Part shown: one piece after another, positions 1 to 8,187 of the stretch
How positions within the stretch are numbered: position 1 is the stretch's first letter
Layout: every line of letters starts with the position of its first letter
Source of the DNA: an archaeon GW2011_AR10
GTDB lineage: Archaea > Iainarchaeota > Iainarchaeia > Iainarchaeales > GW2011-AR10
Reading direction: 5' to 3'
NCBI GenBank assembly: GCA_000830275.1
Contig: CP010424.1
Location: 1,020,001 to 1,052,000 of the forward strand
DNA: 32,000 nt
Notes under the pieces: model-generated
What the model was told of the DNA's origin: nothing
Seen by the model: only the letters and a program-made list of their open reading frames with translations
Database searches by the model: none
Made by a program: the position numbers and the translations under genes

Positions 1-68
1 TTTTACCAGAATCCGAAGCTGAAAGGGGCCTCGACATAATTGATGACTCGCTTAACGAATTGAAGTGA
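1..68 (+). CDS. C-terminal fragment of an unidentified upstream gene (runs off the 5' window edge)
   Basis: The frame starting at position 3 is open to TGA at 66-68 (...LPESEAERGLDIIDDSLNELK*). It ends 5 nt before the next start codon. Too short to assign a family. Confidence 0.3.
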   Translation, partial: LPESEAERGLDIIDDSLNELK

Positions 69-73
69 GCTGA

Positions 74-1105
74 ATGGATGTAAAGCTGTTACACAAGCTA
101 ATTGATGCCTACGGCATAAGCGGCGATGAAGAGGAAGTAAGGGAAATAATAAAAAAAGAAATAGAGTCTTTCGTTGACGAGCTTTACGTTGACAAAATGG
201 GCAACCTCATTGCCCACAAGAAGGGAGCCAAGCCGAGAGTAATGCTTGCAGCCCACATGGATGAAGTGGGCCTAATGGTTAAGAGCATTGATGAAACCGG
301 AAAAATGAGAATGTCAATGATTGGTTTCATTGAGCCTGCAAGCCTCGTTGGGCAAAAAGTTCACATAAAGACAAAACCCCCGTCAAAATCAATTGACGGA
401 GTAATTACTACAAGAGAGCTCCAAGAGGCAAGGGAAATGGAAGAGCTGCCGAAAAACATATCGGAGCTATATATTGATACTGGCTTAAACATGGAGCAGC
501 TTAAAAAAGCAGGAGTAGAGATAGGTGATTATGTAATTCCTGAGGAGAAAGCCTTTTTTCTCGGCTCAGAGGAATTTATTTCAGGGAAAGCTATTGATGA
601 CAGGGTTGGATGTTACATCTTAATTGACCTAATTAAAAGACTGAAAAACATAAAGCACGACTTATACTTTGTTTTTACGGTTCAGGAAGAGATAGGGCTG
701 TATGGTGCAAAAACCTCGGCCTTTTTTGTTGAGCCTGATTGGGCTATTGCTGTTGATGTCACAAGTGCGAAGGATGCTGATAAGCCCCGCACCAACATTG
801 TAGGTGAGGGCCCTTGTTTGACGATTAAAGACTCGGAGATGATTGCCAACAAGTGCATCAATGACTGGTTAAAGGAAATTGCCAAGAAAAAGAGCATTCC
901 GCTCCAGCTTGAGGTGGCAGATGTGGGCACAACCGACGCAATGAACATAAGCATTTCCCGTTCAGGTGTTCCTTCTACTGTTATTGGGGTTGCAGTAAGA
1001 AACCTTCACACAACAGCGAGCTTTGCAAGCCAGAAGGACATAAAGCACTGCATTGAATTGCTGTTTGAACTGCTGAAAAAGCCCCCCAAAATCTGCATGG
1101 TGTAA
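74..1105 (+). CDS. M42-family (TET / FrvX-type) metallo-aminopeptidase
   Basis: 343 aa. The motifs AHMDEVGLMV, GKAIDDRVGC and FTVQEEIGLYGA match the metal-ligand motifs of peptidase family M42. The N-terminus LIDAYGISGDEEEVR is typical of the family. Confidence 0.9.
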   Translation: MDVKLLHKLIDAYGISGDEEEVREIIKKEIESFVDELYVDKMGNLIAHKKGAKPRVMLAAHMDEVGLMVKSIDETGKMRMSMIGFIEPASLVGQKVHIKTKPPSKSIDGVITTRELQEAREMEELPKNISELYIDTGLNMEQLKKAGVEIGDYVIPEEKAFFLGSEEFISGKAIDDRVGCYILIDLIKRLKNIKHDLYFVFTVQEEIGLYGAKTSAFFVEPDWAIAVDVTSAKDADKPRTNIVGEGPCLTIKDSEMIANKCINDWLKEIAKKKSIPLQLEVADVGTTDAMNISISRSGVPSTVIGVAVRNLHTTASFASQKDIKHCIELLFELLKKPPKICMV

Positions 1106-1164
1106 TTCAACATCCTTGTAAGCCTCTTTTAAAATTTTAGCGGTTCTATTTATCGGAGTCCATT

Positions 1165-1878
1165 ATGTTTGAGCGTCTTTGGGAAATTGATTTCTTCCGC
1201 GGCATTGCAATTTCAATGATGGTTTGGTTTCATTTCCTGTGGGACCTGAACTATTTTGAGATAATAAATGTAAGCCTTTACTCTGGCTTTTGGGGCCTGT
1301 TCCAGAAAGCAACTGCAGGGCTTTTTCTTTTTTTGATTGGTGTTTCCCTTACCTTGAGTTATAACAGAAAAAAACACGGCTTCTCAATGAGGTTCTTGCT
1401 GCGGGGAGCCAGAATTTTTGCATGGGGGCTGGCCATAACGCTCTTCTCGGTGCTTTTTATTCCATCTGATATAATTTTTTTTGGAATCCTTCATTTGATT
1501 GGTGTTTCAATTATTCTGTCAATCCCCTTTATTAGCGGAAAGCGTTTGCCTCTCCTGCTTGGCTTGTTTGTTGTTCTTTTGCCGCTCTTTTTTGATTACC
1601 AGAGCATAAGCCTTGACTTCCTTGTATGGGCTGGTTTTTCTTCCTCCCCTCCAAGCCTTGACTTTGCCCCTGTTTTTCCGTGGTTTGGTGCAGTGCTTTT
1701 AGGCATTTCAGCAGGCAATTTTTTGTATTCAGGCGGCACTCCAAAATTTAAGCTCAAAAACCCAGGGAACAAGGTTGTTTCTTTTGCAGGGTTTCTTGGC
1801 AAGCATTCGCTTTTCATTTATTTCATTCACCAGATGGTTCTCTTTCCACTGGTTTTCCTGTTCTACAAATTTTTTTGA
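1165..1878 (+). CDS. DUF1624 (heparan-alpha-glucosaminide N-acetyltransferase-like) polytopic membrane protein
   Basis: 237 aa with multiple hydrophobic helices. The N-terminal W-E-I-D-F-F-R-G-I-A-I-S-M-M-V motif is typical of the DUF1624 acyltransferase-like family. Confidence 0.65.
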   Translation: MFERLWEIDFFRGIAISMMVWFHFLWDLNYFEIINVSLYSGFWGLFQKATAGLFLFLIGVSLTLSYNRKKHGFSMRFLLRGARIFAWGLAITLFSVLFIPSDIIFFGILHLIGVSIILSIPFISGKRLPLLLGLFVVLLPLFFDYQSISLDFLVWAGFSSSPPSLDFAPVFPWFGAVLLGISAGNFLYSGGTPKFKLKNPGNKVVSFAGFLGKHSLFIYFIHQMVLFPLVFLFYKFF

Positions 1879-1988
1879 GCAACCAGAACAATCCGCTGCT
1901 TATGCTTTCATGTTTTGCTACCGCCATGCGATTGATTTTTATGTTGTCGCCTTCAATTAATACCTAGGCATAAATACTTTTTTCTAGC

Positions 1989-2993
1989 GTGGTGTTTTTT
2001 TTGGCTTCAATCAAAACGGTCGGTTTGACTAAGAAATTCAAGGATTTAACCGCGGTTGACTCCGTTGATTTGGAGATTAAGAGTTCAGAGCTGTTTGGCT
2101 TGCTGGGCCCCAACGGAGCAGGCAAGACCACTTTCATTTCAATGCTTTCAACAACGCTTCTTCCAACTACCGGCAGCGCAACCCTCAACGGCTTCGATGT
2201 TGTAAGGGAAGCTGACAAGGTCAGGTCCAGCATTGGCATTGTTTTTCAGGACCCAAGCCTTGACACAAGGCTTACTGCTGAAGAAAACCTTTACCTCCAC
2301 GGAATGTTTTACGGAATGAGCGCCGAGGAAAGAAAGGAACGGATAAAGTTTGTGCTAGAACTTGTGGACTTGTGGGAAAAAAGAAAACTGGAGGTTAGAA
2401 CGTTTTCCGGTGGAATGAAAAGGAGGCTTGAGCTTGCAAGGGGCTTAATGCACAAGCCAAAAGTACTTTTTCTTGATGAGCCCACGCTCGGCTTAGACCC
2501 GCAGACAAGGCAGCACATATGGAAATACATCAAGAGACTGAACAGAAAAGAGAAGCTAACAGTCATTTTAACTACGCATTACCTTGAGGAAGCAGACTTT
2601 TTATGTGACAGGGTTGCCATAATTGATTTCGGGAAAATTGTCGCGCTTGACACCCCTTCAAACCTGAAGAAAAATATTCGGGGCGATGTCATCTGCCTTA
2701 AGTCATCTGATGACAAAGCCTTGAAGGAAGCTCTTTCAAAGAAACTGAAAAGAGAAATCGCTGTTACAGAAGATGATGGCGAGCTGTGCTTCAATGGTTC
2801 ATCTGAAGATCTGCCAGGGATAGTAAGGGTTGCAGACAAAAGCAAAATCAAGCTTTACTCAATGGAGCTCCACAAGCCAACACTTGAAGATGTCTTCCTG
2901 CACTTCACTGGCAGGAATATAAGGGAGAGCTTGCTTGGCAAATCAGACCAAGGAACTGCTTATCTGAGAGACTTTCAGAGGATTGTCAGATGA
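1989..2993 (+). CDS. ABC transporter ATP-binding subunit (ABC-2 / DrrA-type exporter)
   Basis: Walker A GPNGAGKTT, signature FSGGMKRRLELA and Walker B VLFLDEPTLGLD, with a C-terminal extension as in DrrA-like ATPases. The track start is GTG, so the true start may lie a few codons downstream. Confidence 0.9.
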   Translation: MVFFLASIKTVGLTKKFKDLTAVDSVDLEIKSSELFGLLGPNGAGKTTFISMLSTTLLPTTGSATLNGFDVVREADKVRSSIGIVFQDPSLDTRLTAEENLYLHGMFYGMSAEERKERIKFVLELVDLWEKRKLEVRTFSGGMKRRLELARGLMHKPKVLFLDEPTLGLDPQTRQHIWKYIKRLNRKEKLTVILTTHYLEEADFLCDRVAIIDFGKIVALDTPSNLKKNIRGDVICLKSSDDKALKEALSKKLKREIAVTEDDGELCFNGSSEDLPGIVRVADKSKIKLYSMELHKPTLEDVFLHFTGRNIRESLLGKSDQGTAYLRDFQRIVR

Positions 2994-3739
2994 ACACTAG
3001 CGGGTTTTATGGCTTGTGGCTCAGGGAACTGCTGCGGTTTTTTAGGTCAAAAACCAGAATAATTGGAACGCTCGGCATCCCATTTTTCTTTATACTTGTT
3101 TTTGGCTTTGGCCTAAGTTCGTTTGTTTCGGTTGAGGACACAACTTATTTTCAGTTCATTGTGCCAGGAATGATGGGCATGACTCTGTTGTTTCAGTCAA
3201 TGTTCGGCGGATTAAGTGTTATTGAGGACAAACAATTTGGTTTCTTTAAAGAAATTTTGGTTGCCCCGATTCCTAGGCCATTGGTTGTTTTAGGGAAAGC
3301 GCTTGGCACTGCAACAGTAGTAACAATTCAGGCAACGATGGTTATGGTTGCAGCGATGTTTCTTGGATTTTCATTCAATTTTTCTCTTCCAAGCATAGTT
3401 CTGGCGCTGTTTTCAATGTTTTTGGTTTCAACAGGCTTTGTTGGGTTCGGCTTGATTTTCGCAGCCAAAACAAATGACCCTCAGAGCTTTCAGATAATAG
3501 TAAACTTCCTGATTTTTCCACTGTTCCTTTTGGCGGGAGTTTTTTTTCCATTGGACAGCGTTCCTGGCTGGATGCAAGCAGTTTCTTTTCTGGATCCCTT
3601 AACTTACGGAGTTGATCTGCTTAGAGCAGCTTTAATAGGGTTAAGCTTTTTCCCAACATGGTTGAGCATTTCTGCCCTGCTGTTGTTTGATGCAATAGCG
3701 CTGCTTATTGCTTCCAGCTTCTTTTCACAGGCAGATTAA
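2990..3739 (+). CDS. ABC-2 type transporter permease
   Basis: 249 aa with about 6 TM helices. ATGA start/stop overlap with the upstream ATPase. Typical ABC-2 membrane-domain layout. Confidence 0.85.
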   Translation: MNTSGFYGLWLRELLRFFRSKTRIIGTLGIPFFFILVFGFGLSSFVSVEDTTYFQFIVPGMMGMTLLFQSMFGGLSVIEDKQFGFFKEILVAPIPRPLVVLGKALGTATVVTIQATMVMVAAMFLGFSFNFSLPSIVLALFSMFLVSTGFVGFGLIFAAKTNDPQSFQIIVNFLIFPLFLLAGVFFPLDSVPGWMQAVSFLDPLTYGVDLLRAALIGLSFFPTWLSISALLLFDAIALLIASSFFSQAD

Positions 3740-3816
3740 TCAGCCAAAAGAACAATCAAATAAATTTGAATTTTTAAAGCAAGTTTATTAAAATTTTGTT
3801 TTATTTGAATATTTGT

Positions 3817-3936
3817 ATGAAGCACATAGTTATTGCGCCATTCGATGGTGATTTAGGCGCCATATTGGATGGAATAAAGGAATTCACTACCGAAAAAATT
3901 GTTTTGACTCAACCCAAAAGATGCTTTGGCTTTTAA
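3817..3936 (+). pseudogene. 39-codon ORF that may be the N-terminal remnant of a Rossmann-like (DUF6293 / Csa3-CARF-like) regulator
   Basis: Hand translation: MKHIVIAPFDGDLGAILDGIKEFTTEKIVLTQPKRCFGF*. The first ~32 residues follow a beta-strand / Gly-loop / helix / beta-strand pattern typical of a Rossmann-like N-terminus. The frame then stops abruptly just before a highly structured non-coding stretch. Confidence 0.25.
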
Positions 3937-4200
3937 GTCGCGGTTTTTGGTCTCGGTGTCTTTTCAACACTTTGTCAAGTGAAATAAAAACACCTGTTTT
4001 CTTTTTGACAAAGTGTTGCGTTGACGGGTTCATGACGTCCATTAAATGTTGGGATACCCCTGCCTTTAGGCAGAGGAGGACGTCACAAAAGCACCTCCTG
4101 GTGGGGAACCGAGCCTGAACCGAAATTCAGGCCCGATGAAGGGAAACGTCTAAATCATACTTATTATGTCCAAATAATTTAGACGATTCTAGTATGTTTT
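3937..4200 (+). ncRNA. Structured intergenic region; candidate non-coding RNA of unassigned class
   Basis: Perfect 14-bp inverted repeat CAACACTTTGTCAA / TTGACAAAGTGTTG (3965-3978 / 4005-4018). 7-bp stem GACGTCC / GGACGTC (about 4034-4083) enclosing CTGCC-TTTA-GGCAG. 7-bp hairpin GCCTGAA-CCGAAA-TTCAGGC (about 4111-4130). 9-bp stem CGTCTAAAT / ATTTAGACG (about 4147-4185). The region is locally more GC-rich than its flanks. The strand is not established. Confidence 0.3.
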
Positions 4201-4228
4201 GGTGCATTTTCTTTTTAAACCTTTCCTG

Positions 4229-5176
4229 TCAGACGTCTTCTATCCCTTTTTCGCTTATCACGAAGAGGGCTTCTCCGTCAGGCAGTGAAGGGGAATCCAC
4301 AAGCTTTGCAACTCTTTTGTTTTCCTTGCTTTTCCTCAAATAAATTCTTGTTTTCGAGGCGTGTGCAAGCACGTTGCCTCCAATTGGTTGAGTCGGGTCA
4401 CCAAACAATATGCCTGGGTTTTCCATAACTTGGTTTGTTACCAGTATTGCAAGGTTGTTCATTTCAGCAAGCTTTGCTAATGTTCTCAGGTGCTTGTTTA
4501 GTTTCTGTTGCCTTTCAGCCAACGTGCCCCTGCCAATAAACTCTGACCTAAACTGTGCTGTGAGGGAGTCAACTATCATCAGCCTAATGTTTTTTTCTTT
4601 CACTAGGTCAGCTGCCTTTTCAGCCAGAAGCATTTGGTGATCTGAATTGTAGGCCCTGCTTATGTAAATGTTCTTTAGCACTTTTTCCGAGTCAAGTCCG
4701 TACCGCTTTGCAATTGCAATAATCCTCTCCGGCCTGAAGCTGTTTTCAGAGTCAATGTAAATGCAGTTACCGGCCAAACCACCTTTATCTTTCGGCATCT
4801 GAACCGTTACTGCTGTCTGAAAACACCATTGAGTTTTTGAAGAAGCAAATTTCCCATAAACTTCTGTTATTGATTGGGTTTCAATGCCTCCTCCTATAAG
4901 TGAGTCCACTTCCTTGCTGCCCGTAGTTATTTTCCCGATGTTTTCCCTTCTTTTGGCTATCTTGTCAGCAGTTTCATAACCCATTTCAAGTGCATCCCTT
5001 GCTGCCTTAATTGCTTTGTCAGCTGTTACCTCTCCCAATCCAGCTACTTCAACGAGTTCCATTGGAGATGCAACAGCAATTGTTTCAAGGCTCTTGTAGC
5101 CAGCAGAAATTAGTTTTTCAGCGCCCTGCGCTCCAATTCCAGGCAGGTCACTGATTGATTTGATTTCTTTTCCCAT
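4229..5176 (-). CDS. radA: DNA repair and recombination protein RadA (with an atypical Walker A motif)
   Basis: 315 aa. N-terminal HhH domain (LPGIGAQGAEKLISAGY), GGIETQSITEVYG, Walker B LMIVDSLTAQFR, and the NLAILVTNQV and GGNVLAHAS motifs are all RadA hallmarks. Confidence 0.9.
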   Translation of the reverse strand: MGKEIKSISDLPGIGAQGAEKLISAGYKSLETIAVASPMELVEVAGLGEVTADKAIKAARDALEMGYETADKIAKRRENIGKITTGSKEVDSLIGGGIETQSITEVYGKFASSKTQWCFQTAVTVQMPKDKGGLAGNCIYIDSENSFRPERIIAIAKRYGLDSEKVLKNIYISRAYNSDHQMLLAEKAADLVKEKNIRLMIVDSLTAQFRSEFIGRGTLAERQQKLNKHLRTLAKLAEMNNLAILVTNQVMENPGILFGDPTQPIGGNVLAHASKTRIYLRKSKENKRVAKLVDSPSLPDGEALFVISEKGIEDV

Positions 5177-5361
5177 TCCACCACTCCTGTGGCTGTTTTT
5201 TGAGGAACGCGCTTTGGGAAACGCTTCCCCTTTACAGGCCGCATAAGAATTAGATTAAAGGGCTTTTAAATAATTTCTGCAGTGCAGTTCCGGTGCGCTA
5301 AAAACTTTAGCCCCCTTCTTTTGGATTTTCTCTTTTTAGTAAACTTCGGCGTGCAGTTTTT

Positions 5362-6663
5362 TTATTGTTTGAACTGAATGCTCCGGGCAACCAATTCTTT
5401 TTCCCCGCCAAGCCCTTTCTTTACCCGTGCCTCAACCGTTGCTTCCCTGCCAACAACCTTTTCCTTTATTTCCTCGATTAATGCGTCAGGGCCTTTTTCT
5501 TCAAGCTCTTTCTTCATTTCTTCCCTGCTTTTCTCGATGAGTGTTTCAGCTTGTTTTCCGAAAAAAACGCAGCGCATGCTCCCGCTCTTGTCTTGCAGTT
5601 CAACCGCAACTATGAGGTTAATGTTTGGTTCTTCCACTTCGCCGCACTGCTCGCACACGTACCCTTCGCCTATCTGCTCCACTTTTTTGCTGCAGTTTGG
5701 GCAGACAAGGTAATGCAGTTTTCCTGGCAGGATTTCCTTTATTTTTGCTTTAACCTCAATGGTTTCTCCTTCCTCAAGTTTTGCAATCTCTTTCCTTTCT
5801 GCTCCAGAAACAACTGTGTCAAGTTCAAAGCCTCTGGGGTTTTGGAGAATGCGAGCCTGCCAGCCAAGTTGCAGCTCAACTCCGCGCAACCCGTCCTTTG
5901 TGTAAGCTCCTTCAATTTTCACGAGCATTCCTTGCCTCAGTTTTTTTGCCTCTTCCACCAAGTCATTCCACGCAGTGCACCTTGCAACAGCTGTTTCATC
6001 TGCAAGCTCAAAGCTCAGTAACTTTCCGTTCCTTCCTTCTCTTTCAAAGCTCCGTTCATCGAAAACCCTTGCAATTTTTCCAAAAACATCTGCGTTGTCA
6101 ATCCCTGCCTTCAGTTCCTTCACCTTCAACACAGCAGTGTTTGGCTCCGGGAACGCAGCATTTTTTTTCTTGTTCAAAATGAATTGCCCGCCATAATTTA
6201 GGCTCAACTGCTTTTTTTCGTTGTAGGTTGAAACAGAACAGTTTTTCAGAAGAAGTATGTCGCCTCTTTCAACTTTTTGCTCCCAGAGTTTTGCCACGTC
6301 GTGATGCCATAAAGTCAAGCGCACCTCCCCAGAATCGTCTGCCACAAGCAAATTGCAAAGCAGGCCCTTCTTTCCGTTCTTTTCAAAGCTTTTAGGCGAG
6401 AAAACATGCATTACTCTTGCAAGAACATCAACATTGTCCGTGCCTTCCTTTAGGCCAGCCACCTTTGTTTCAGTGCCTGAATCAAAGTCAAGGTTAACCC
6501 CCAACTCCTTTGCAATCATGAACGCGGCTCCTGACTCAGTCAACAAGCCTGAAAACCTGCTTTTTTTCTCGTCAATCATCCGCTGAACTTCCTCCCTGCT
6601 CTTAGAGGAAGCCTCAACTATTTTTCCTACCGCTGATTCAATGCTTTGAGTTGAAGGAGACAA
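5362..6663 (-). CDS. Replication protein A-type ssDNA-binding protein (multiple OB folds plus a zinc ribbon)
   Basis: 433 aa. The N-terminal helical domain (SREEVQRMIDEKKSRFSGLLTESGAAFMIAKELGV) is typical of archaeal RPA. OB-fold segments repeat, and a C4 ribbon CPNCSKKV...CEQCGE sits in the last OB fold. The track start is TTG. Confidence 0.8.
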   Translation of the reverse strand: MSPSTQSIESAVGKIVEASSKSREEVQRMIDEKKSRFSGLLTESGAAFMIAKELGVNLDFDSGTETKVAGLKEGTDNVDVLARVMHVFSPKSFEKNGKKGLLCNLLVADDSGEVRLTLWHHDVAKLWEQKVERGDILLLKNCSVSTYNEKKQLSLNYGGQFILNKKKNAAFPEPNTAVLKVKELKAGIDNADVFGKIARVFDERSFEREGRNGKLLSFELADETAVARCTAWNDLVEEAKKLRQGMLVKIEGAYTKDGLRGVELQLGWQARILQNPRGFELDTVVSGAERKEIAKLEEGETIEVKAKIKEILPGKLHYLVCPNCSKKVEQIGEGYVCEQCGEVEEPNINLIVAVELQDKSGSMRCVFFGKQAETLIEKSREEMKKELEEKGPDALIEEIKEKVVGREATVEARVKKGLGGEKELVARSIQFKQ

Positions 6664-6842
6664 ACAAAACCCCTAATATTAATTGCCTTAAATCCTTTTT
6701 ATTGTTTCTAAAAAAATTATGTATACTGGTTTTTTCACTTTTGGTTTCTTTTTTCACGTTCACTGGCCGTTATTTCTGGAATTTATCTGGAGTTTACTAA
6801 GATTTTTATATGTTCTTATTCCCATATATTTGAGTAATTCGC

Positions 6843-7622
6843 ATGAAGCAGGGAAAAGTTTACTCCAAAATATTAAGCAGAATTTCATCTGACGGCGGGC
6901 TAACCTTCCTTGTAATTGATCCCCCGAACCAGCCCCCGCAAAAAGCAGGGGAAATTGCCAGAACCGCGGAAGAAGCAGGCGTTGACTTCATTACAGTTGG
7001 CGGCAGCGTTGGAGCGCAAGGCGACCTATTGGACCACACAATCAAATCAGTTAAGGAAAATTCTTCTCTCCCGGTAATCCTGTTTCCAGGCAACATTGCA
7101 ACTTTAAGCAAGTACGCTGACGCAGTTTACTTCATGTCAATGCTGAATTCAATTGACCCTTACTATATTTCCGGCGCCCAAATCGCTGCTGCCGGCCCGC
7201 TGAAAAAACTTGGCCTAGAAATAATTCCAACTTCCTATATTGTAATAGAGCCCGGCAGGGCAGTCGGCTGGGTGGGAAGAGCACAGCTCATTCCAAGGAA
7301 TTTGCCTTACCTTGCAGGAATAACCGCGCTTGCTGGAGAATACATGGGTTCAAAGCTTGTAATACTTGAGTCAGGCGGTGGTGCCGAATCACCTGCACCA
7401 AAACAAATGGTTGCGGCGACAAAAAAACAAATCGATGTGCCGTTGATTATTGCAGGCGGCGTGCGGAACGAAAAATTTGCTTACGAAACAATTAAGGCAG
7501 GAGCCGACATAGTGCATGTCGGAACAGCTGCTGAAGAAAAAAACCGCAACTCCAGCAAATTAAAGCAGGCCATTTCAAAAATCACGAAAGCAGTGAAAAA
7601 AGCCGGCAAAGAAAAACGCTGA
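6843..7622 (+). CDS. Geranylgeranylglyceryl phosphate synthase (PcrB/GGGPS family)
   Basis: 259 aa TIM-barrel pattern: FLVIDPPNQ, DFITVGGS, PVILFPGN, LESGGGAESP and IAGGGVRN-like PLIIAGGVRN. It carries a Lys-rich C-terminal tail. Confidence 0.8.
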   Translation: MKQGKVYSKILSRISSDGGLTFLVIDPPNQPPQKAGEIARTAEEAGVDFITVGGSVGAQGDLLDHTIKSVKENSSLPVILFPGNIATLSKYADAVYFMSMLNSIDPYYISGAQIAAAGPLKKLGLEIIPTSYIVIEPGRAVGWVGRAQLIPRNLPYLAGITALAGEYMGSKLVILESGGGAESPAPKQMVAATKKQIDVPLIIAGGVRNEKFAYETIKAGADIVHVGTAAEEKNRNSSKLKQAISKITKAVKKAGKEKR

Positions 7623-7623
7623 T

Positions 7624-8136
7624 TCAGGAAACAATTGCAGTGATTTTTTCCGCGTTTACTGAGTAAAATTCTGCAAAAGCCCGTTTTCCTAAAAAACCGC
7701 AGCCAGTAACCTCAATTTCTGCTGTTTCTCCTGGCATTAATTCCTTCAGGTTGCAATTTGCACACTCAATTATTTCCATGTTATAGAATTTTGAGAACAA
7801 TCTTTCAGCGTCAGCATTCCCTACATTTTTTACCAAAAAAATTGTTGTAAATATTTTTGGGCAGGCAGTAATTTTTCCCAAAACTTCTACTTCAAGCACT
7901 GTTTGCTCTAGTATCTCGTATTCAAGCGCTGCTTTTTGCTCCACAATATTCTTGTCTGAACCCCCCATATACTTTCCTTCATCAGTTTCAGTCTCCTGCC
8001 CGGCACCGCGTTCCTGTATTGAATAGCCTGAGTCAACAAATTCCACAAGGCCTTCACTGCCAGGCCTTAAAACAGCAACTGCAATTATTGCAGCTGCCAC
8101 CAGAAATATTGCAGCCAAAAATTTTTTCTTTTCCAT
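7624..8136 (-). CDS. Membrane-anchored or secreted hypothetical protein with a CARDB-like beta domain
   Basis: 170 aa. N-terminal anchor KKKFLAAIFLVAAAIIAVAVL. An FLVKNVGNADAE motif resembles CARDB-type Ig-like domains. Same strand as the upstream 521-aa gene and 51 nt from it. Confidence 0.55.
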   Translation of the reverse strand: MEKKKFLAAIFLVAAAIIAVAVLRPGSEGLVEFVDSGYSIQERGAGQETETDEGKYMGGSDKNIVEQKAALEYEILEQTVLEVEVLGKITACPKIFTTIFLVKNVGNADAERLFSKFYNMEIIECANCNLKELMPGETAEIEVTGCGFLGKRAFAEFYSVNAEKITAIVS

Positions 8137-8187
8137 TGCACTAACCCAGTAAAATGTGGCTTCAATGCAGGTTCACTGCATTTTGTT

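Noticed and set aside
4100-4150. Hammerhead-like (CGAUGA...GAAAC) and group II domain V-like (GAGCC...GAAA...) strings; SRP RNA helix-8-like string
   Set aside because: The hammerhead core needs CUGAUGA plus a helix II, and both are absent. The hairpin is 24 nt, against about 34 nt for domain V, and there is no intron-encoded protein. The SRP-like match lacks the GNRA loop, AGCA and a pairing 3' strand. It is kept only as an unclassified candidate ncRNA.
5378-6196. Several 70-156-aa plus-strand ORFs
   Set aside because: All are nested antisense within the RPA gene, which has clear OB-fold and zinc-ribbon features. None has recognisable motifs.
6664-6842. AT-rich divergent intergenic region next to RPA, with short direct repeats (TTTTTTCAC twice, TCTGGAAT/TCTGGAGT); possible replication origin
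   Set aside because: There are no convincing ORB or mini-ORB elements (nothing close to TTCCAGTGGAAAC) and no adjacent orc1/cdc6. Two divergent promoters explain the composition adequately.
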